A stretch of 63,080 bases of DNA, counting the filler, from Octopus bimaculoides (Eukaryota): the NCBI RefSeq assembly GCF_001194135.2. It is 6 parts of 5 records of this genome, joined end to end, with 100 filler letters (N's around TTAATTAATTAA, not from the genome) between each part and the next. Parts side by side here need not be neighbours in the genome. Positions count along the whole stretch, not along the records: positions 57,664 to 61,463 come from NC_068991.1; positions 61,564 to 63,080 come from NC_069005.1; 4 more parts are not named here. The stretch is one strand, 5' to 3'. Positions 58,546 to 63,080 of the stretch are shown here, piece by piece. Each line of letters opens with the position of its first letter. Position 1 is the first letter of the stretch. A program made the translations under genes and the position numbers. Under the pieces are notes generated by a model. It worked only from the letters and a program-made list of their open reading frames with translations. It was not told the DNA's origin and made no database searches.

Positions 58546-59519
58546 TAAATTTCGTCCTAGGAAGTAAATAATAATTATGGAATGTATAAATGTGTATATC
58601 CAATTAAAAAAACAGAAAAAGGGNNNNNNNNNNNNNNNNNNNNNNNNNNNNNNNNNNNNNNNNNNNNNNNNNNNNNNNNNNNNNNNNNNNNNNNNNNNNN
58701 NNNNNNNNNNNNNNNNNNNNNNNNNNNNNNNNNNNNNNNNNNNNNNNNNNNNNNNNNNNNNNNNNNNNNNNNNNNNNNNNNNNNNNNNNNNNNNNNNNNN
58801 NNNNNNNNNNNNNNNNNNNNNNNNNNNNNNNNNNNNNNNNNNNNNNNNNNNNNNNNNNNNNNNNNNNNNNNNNNNNNNNNNNNNNNNNNNNNNNNNNNNN
58901 NNNNNNNNNNNNNNNNNNNNNNNNNNNNNNNNNNNNNNNNNNNNNNNNNNNNNNNNNNNNNNNNNNNNNNNNNNNNNNNNNNNNNNNNNNNNNNNNNNNN
59001 NNNNNNNNNNNNNNNNNNNNNNNNNNNNNNNNNNNNNNNNNNNNNNNNNNNNNNNNNNNNNNNNNNNNNNNNNNNNNNNNNNNNNNNNNNNNNNNNNNNN
59101 NNNNNNNNNNNNNNNNNNNNNNNNNNNNNNNNNNNNNNNNNNNNNNNNNNNNNNNNNNNNNNNNNNNNNNNNNNNNNNNNNNNNNNNNNNNNNNNNNNNN
59201 NNNNNNNNNNNNNNNNNNNNNNNNNNNNNNNNNNNNNNNNNNNNNNNNNNNNNNNNNNNNNNNNNNNNNNNNNNNNNNNNNNNNNNNNNNNNNNNNNNNN
59301 NNNNNNNNNNNNNNNNNNNNNNNNNNNNNNNNNNNNNNNNNNNNNNNNNNNNNNNNNNNNNNNNNNNNNNNNNNNNNNNNNNNNNNNNNNNNNNNNNNNN
59401 NNNNNNNNNNNNNNNNNNNNNNNNNNNNNNNNNNNNNNNNNNNNNNNNNNNNNNNNNNNNNNNNNNNNNNNNNNNNNNNNNNNNNNNNNNNNNNNNNNNN
59501 NNNNNNNNNNNNNNNNNNN

Positions 59520-59563
<44 letters not shown>

Positions 59564-59814
59564 TTATTCATGTACAGGGTGTCCCAAAAGCTCACCAAGC
59601 AGTTTGACATTTTAATAACATTTAATTTAATTAACCTTGAATAATTATCATGCAGGAAGGTTATTCAAGTTTTGACCCTCGGCGATTTTTCCGAGATTGT
59701 ATACGTACATACATACATACATACAAACACACACATACATCATACATATATACTATGTATGTCTGTTATATATCTATATACATTATATATGTATGTGTGT
59801 GTATGTATGCATGT

Positions 59815-59859
<45 letters not shown>

Positions 59860-59869
59860 NNNNNNNNNN

Positions 59870-59915
<46 letters not shown>

Positions 59916-60106
59916 CGCATTTGAGGTTGTGTATGTATATATGTACAGGAGAGTGCATGTGCCCGTGGGTACGTGCGTCTTAGCGTTTTCTTATGCGTGC
60001 ATACGTAGGCACGAGTACTGCGTTCGCAATCGTCTGTGTATGGATGTGCGTGGGTGTGTACATACGTATGTATGCATATAATATATGTATGTATGTATGT
60101 ATGTAT

Positions 60107-60194
<88 letters not shown>

Positions 60195-60459
60195 GTGGCG
60201 CCTGAGCGTACGTATGTACGTATGACAGCCTCTATGTGCCATTGTGTATGTAAAATGCCTCAACGTTATGGCCCTTTCAGTACATTATCAACACAAAATA
60301 GTCTTTGAAACAATATTAAATTTTGGCAAATCAATAATTGTTTGGAGTGGCTATAATGGTGCCTTTGGCCTTCCATACACGTAGACGTCCGGAGATACTG
60401 CATTCCGTACCGAATAAATTTCAGCAATGTCCTTCAGTCTTTATACATACATACATACA

Positions 60460-60493
<34 letters not shown>

Positions 60494-60503
60494 CATGTAT
60501 GTA

Positions 60504-60537
<34 letters not shown>

Positions 60538-60854
60538 CATGTATGTATGTATGTATGTATGTATGTATGTACGTGCAGATTTGTATGTTTTATGTATATA
60601 TTCTCATGCATATAGTTACATATCTAGACATGGTCATATATACTTAAATGATAAACTTTTGGGAAGTTTTACAGATTTTTACAGTTCCAGTGATGGATTG
60701 GATCTGTAGTCTTCGAATTAGCTTTCTCTTTTCTGTATGTATGTATGTATGCTTGAGTGAGAGATTTTTCTCGTTGTTACACTAAATATTCGCCGTGCAA
60801 AGGACTTGTATACTTTAGAAATGAAATGAATTTGAATATTAAAAGTAACGAAAG

Positions 60855-61025
60855 CGGTGACCGGGCACAATTGTTATCGCACCGGAAAAAATCTTCAGTC
60901 TTTATGTTCTGAGTTCAAATACCATTGCGGTCGACTTTGTCTTTCATCGTTTAAGGGCCAATAAAATAATTATCAGCTGAACACTCTCATAAAATTTCAG
61001 GCCTTGTGCCAAAATTTAAAACCAA
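60855..61025 (+). mobile_element. Degenerate SINE family B copy (another at about 40195-40400)
   Basis: TTCTGAGTTCAAAT…GGTCGACTTTGTCTTTCATC. Confidence 0.6.
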
Positions 61026-61345
61026 TATTAAAAGAGATTATTTCATACGAATTAAATCCATTAAAACTGGTTTCTCAAAACAGCTTTAAGAGGTTGCCTT
61101 TCAGGGTATTACTCTTTTAAACGTTATAACGATGAAACTCGAAGTAGATAAAGCTATAAACTATAGTGTATCTCCTTTGCATAGAAAGAGTCATAGGAAG
61201 CCCGAGGGAAGAAGCTGCATCTTCTATAAACATGACAGACGTTATTACAATTGTGTGAATTTATATAAATACATACATAATATAATATAATATAATATAA
61301 TATAATATAATATAATATATTCGTATACATATCTATATATATCTA

Positions 61346-61463
<118 letters not shown>

Positions 61464-61631
61464 NNNNNNNNNNNNNNNNNNNNNNNNNNNNNNNNNNNNN
61501 NNNNNNNTTAATTAATTAANNNNNNNNNNNNNNNNNNNNNNNNNNNNNNNNNNNNNNNNNNNNATATATATATATATATATATATATATAAATTTAAAGA
61601 ATGGAGTAAACGCATCTTATAACTGCATACT

Positions 61632-61785
61632 TTTATTCCGACATATGTTTCGAAGAATTACAATTTATGCGATCCATAGGAATCGGCGATGTTAAAAATG
61701 TAAACTTCTCCTCAGGGAAATGTATTGGAACCAGCTTAAACGTATAATGTCTTACGTCATTCTTCGAAACATATGTCGGAATAAA
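61632..61785. repeat. 27-bp perfect inverted repeat (61632-61658 / 61759-61785) overlapping a hammerhead
   Basis: TTTATTCCGACATATGTTTCGAAGAAT versus ATTCTTCGAAACATATGTCGGAATAAA. Confidence 0.9.
61636..61719 (-). ncRNA. Type I hammerhead ribozyme motif with canonical core and long helix II
   Basis: TTCC-CTGAGGA-GAAG…CTTC-GAAACATATGTC-GGAA: helix I TTCC/GGAA, G10.1-C11.1 pair, palindromic ACATATGT helix III, GUC triplet. Confidence 0.75.
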
Positions 61786-61786
61786 G

Positions 61787-61960
61787 CACCCACTACACTC
61801 ATGGAGTGGTTGGCATTAGGAAGGGCATCCAGCTGTATAAACTCTGCCAAATCAGATTGGAGCCTGGTGTAGCCATCTGGTTTCCCCAGTCCTCAGTCAA
61901 ATCGTCCAACCCATGCTAGCATGGAAAGCAGACGTTAAATGACGATGATGATGATGATTC
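61787..61960 (+). mobile_element. 3' end of an RTE-type LINE/SINE
   Basis: GTGGTTGGCATTAGGAAGGGCATCCAG…CCAACCCATGCTAGCATGGAAAGCAGACGTTAAATGACGATGATGATG ending in (GAT)n; recognised from memory of such tails. Confidence 0.7.
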
Positions 61961-62587
61961 CCTATCTCCTCCTTTTTTGTAATAATTCCTTATTTCAAAC
62001 TCAAATATCTACCTTTATTTAACCATCTCACATTGTCTTTGATGAGAATGTAGACCAATACTCATAGCTGGGATACCGTGTACCAGTAGCCAAAAGAGCT
62101 GTGAGCTAATGAACGAAATTACGTAACTCTTTCTCTTTTTGTCATTAATATACGTTTATTGGTGGAAAACATACTTCGACAAGAAATTGCTAACAAATTA
62201 GTGAGTCAGACTAAAACACATAGTCACTTGCAGCACCATTTTTAAGAGCAGTGAACCACTGATTGGCTTCTTAGAAACTTGTAATTAGCGATGATATTGT
62301 TAACGAATAAAAGATGTGAAACAAACAACTAAATATATAAATAAACAAAAATACTTTGCTTAATGTAAGACAACATTGCTTTGGCCAGCTTAGTGCATTG
62401 CATTCATTAAAAGAAGCTGTAGTAGTAGTAGTATAGGAAATATATTAATTATAAAAGAGAAAATTACTAATTATTAAAAGGGTAAACAAAAGTGAATGAG
62501 AGTGTGTGTGTTTATGTTTGTGTGCATGTATGTGCATGTTTGCGTGGTGGAAGAAGAGATGAGGAGATAAGCAGAGATTATACTAAC

Positions 62588-62670
62588 CTGCAGATAATGC
62601 CACTGTGCCATGCGATAAAGGGGTGTGTGTTGAGATCATATCTGCTGTAAGCTTTGGAGTTAAACAGAAA
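62588..62670 (-). other. Candidate 83-nt exon
   Basis: Acceptor atatttttttatattttccag| and donor CAG|GTTAGT; two open frames (FLFNSKAYSRYDLNTHPFIAWHSGIIC or FCLTPKLTADMISTHTPLSHGTVALSA); unique sequence. Confidence 0.45.
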
Positions 62671-62969
62671 CTGGAAAATATAAAAAAATATATACACATA
62701 AAAAAAAAATACATACACACATATATATATATATATATAAAAATAAAAGGGTAAAGGAATATTAATTTATTAATAAATTAATAATTTTTACCAAGCCCTT
62801 CGGTATGTAAACACCATTATCGGTAAAGAACTTATTTAAAAGTTCTTATAAATTTATTAACATAATTAAGGGAACAGCAACAGTTGCTTCACCACATACC
62901 GAAATTCAACTGCTATTTCTGAATTTCGGTATGTGGTGAAGCAACCTGTTGCTGATCCCTTAATTATGT

Positions 62970-63080
<111 letters not shown>

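Overview
AT-rich, microsatellite-saturated eukaryotic draft-assembly DNA with many N gaps. The SINE, mariner and Penelope-type repeat content points to a coleoid cephalopod, most likely Octopus (inferred from repeat families only). Almost all ORFs in the supplied track are artefacts of (CA)n/(TA)n/(TACA)n/(GA)n repeats and N runs. The best-supported host coding sequence is a minus-strand exon (22943-23250) encoding a small single-pass membrane protein. It can be joined in frame to an ATG at 26983 (104 aa model), and several further well-formed minus-strand candidate exons lie up to 62670. A plus-strand candidate signal-anchor exon lies at 42820-43022. The rest is mostly mobile DNA: two decayed Ty3/Gypsy elements with complementary internal deletions, several mariner relics (one a fold-back derivative), an R4/Dong-like LINE fragment, at least three tRNA-derived SINE families, and Penelope-type fragments. 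The most notable signal is four hammerhead-ribozyme motifs found by eye (13503-13540, 23488-23533, 46321-46382, 61636-61719). One sits in a composite tRNA-head/(AAT)n/ribozyme element just upstream of the host gene's last coding exon, and another is paired with its own antisense half. No CRISPR arrays, rRNA genes or bona fide tRNA genes were seen. Coordinates were counted by hand and may be off by a few bases; no searches were run.
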